Shown: positions 63,412 through 64,000 of the stretch, piece after piece
How the letters are laid out: the number at the start of each line of letters is the position of its first letter
How positions within the stretch are numbered: position 1 is the first letter of the stretch
Source: Halocafeteria seosinensis
Taxonomy: Eukaryota
NCBI GenBank assembly: GCA_001687465.1
Contig: LVLI01000101.1
Span: 124,001 to 188,000 of the forward strand
DNA length: 64,000 nt
Direction: 5' to 3'
Position numbers and translations under genes: made by a program
The notes under the pieces: model-generated
Seen by the model: the letters and a program-made list of their open reading frames with translations, nothing else
Databases searched by the model: none
Told to the model about the DNA's origin: nothing

Positions 63412-64000
63412 TATACAGCATGCGCGCATTGTACTGTATTATTGAAACGTTACATGGCGTAACGACTAATGATCTACGTCGGAGCCAACTCCGACGCTAT
63501 GGAAACCCCTCCACGTTATACCGTCTGCGGGGGCTTAAGGTTATATTAAAGCCATATACAACAAGAGGCAAACAGTTAAGGCGTACAGCATTCAATTGGG
63601 CGCCGATGCTGTTCCTTAGGGTCACGGAAAAGATGATATGCCTGTTACATTATATACTCCGGAGCAAATTCTTCGTCGGCGACCGCAGCTATTCCCGCTG
63701 TTTAATGGTACTGCAACGCAAGTGTCCACACTACAGGCGTGCTCACATACACTATGTATATTTCTATACCATTCAAGGTACATATATTCACCAGTGTACC
63801 CATTGTCAGTAGTGTTGATACGTGTTTGGGATTTTGTCCCCCATCCGGCCGATCAATTGGACGTCGGAATTGCGATGACCTTGGAAGAAACGGGGAGTTA
63901 GCTGAGTGTTGCCCCATAGTTCCAGATGTGTGAGCTTCTGACAGCTATCAACAAGGTATCCCACTGTATCATGAGCGACTTGGTGGCATAAGAGAAGCGT

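Noticed and set aside
63420..64000. Short ORFs at the window end
   Set aside because: No family motif; cannot be resolved without downstream sequence

Overview
Gene-dense, intron-containing eukaryotic genomic DNA with short introns (mostly about 55-120 nt, GT-AG, donors typically gtaagt/gtacgt/gtgagt). LC8- and Tctex-type dynein light chains and an RSPH14-like gene point to a flagellated protist; a stramenopile is plausible but this is inference only. I hand-spliced about 25 protein-coding genes. They include MetAP1, a transmembrane FG-nucleoporin, PP2C, an EXS protein, UPRT, a reticulon, RPA34-like, a CAMK-type kinase, PTEN-like, vanin-like, DnaJ, subtilisin, SF1/BBP, a Rho GTPase, an AIR9-like-repeat protein and PP2A B''. 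There is also one dispersed 5S rRNA gene. Local duplications stand out: a MetAP1 pseudogene, a pair of uncharacterised putative transcription factors, three R2R3-MYB copies (the middle one a chimeric pseudogene) with a retroelement remnant among them, and a pair of Zn2Cys6+PAS-like factors. The most notable observations are a POM121-like architecture (signal peptide/TM, NLS clusters, FG tail) visible only after splicing, a UPRT with a bipartite mitochondrial-type presequence, a 44-bp tail-to-tail CDS overlap and the chimeric MYB copy. All exon structures are manual predictions and no database searches were run.
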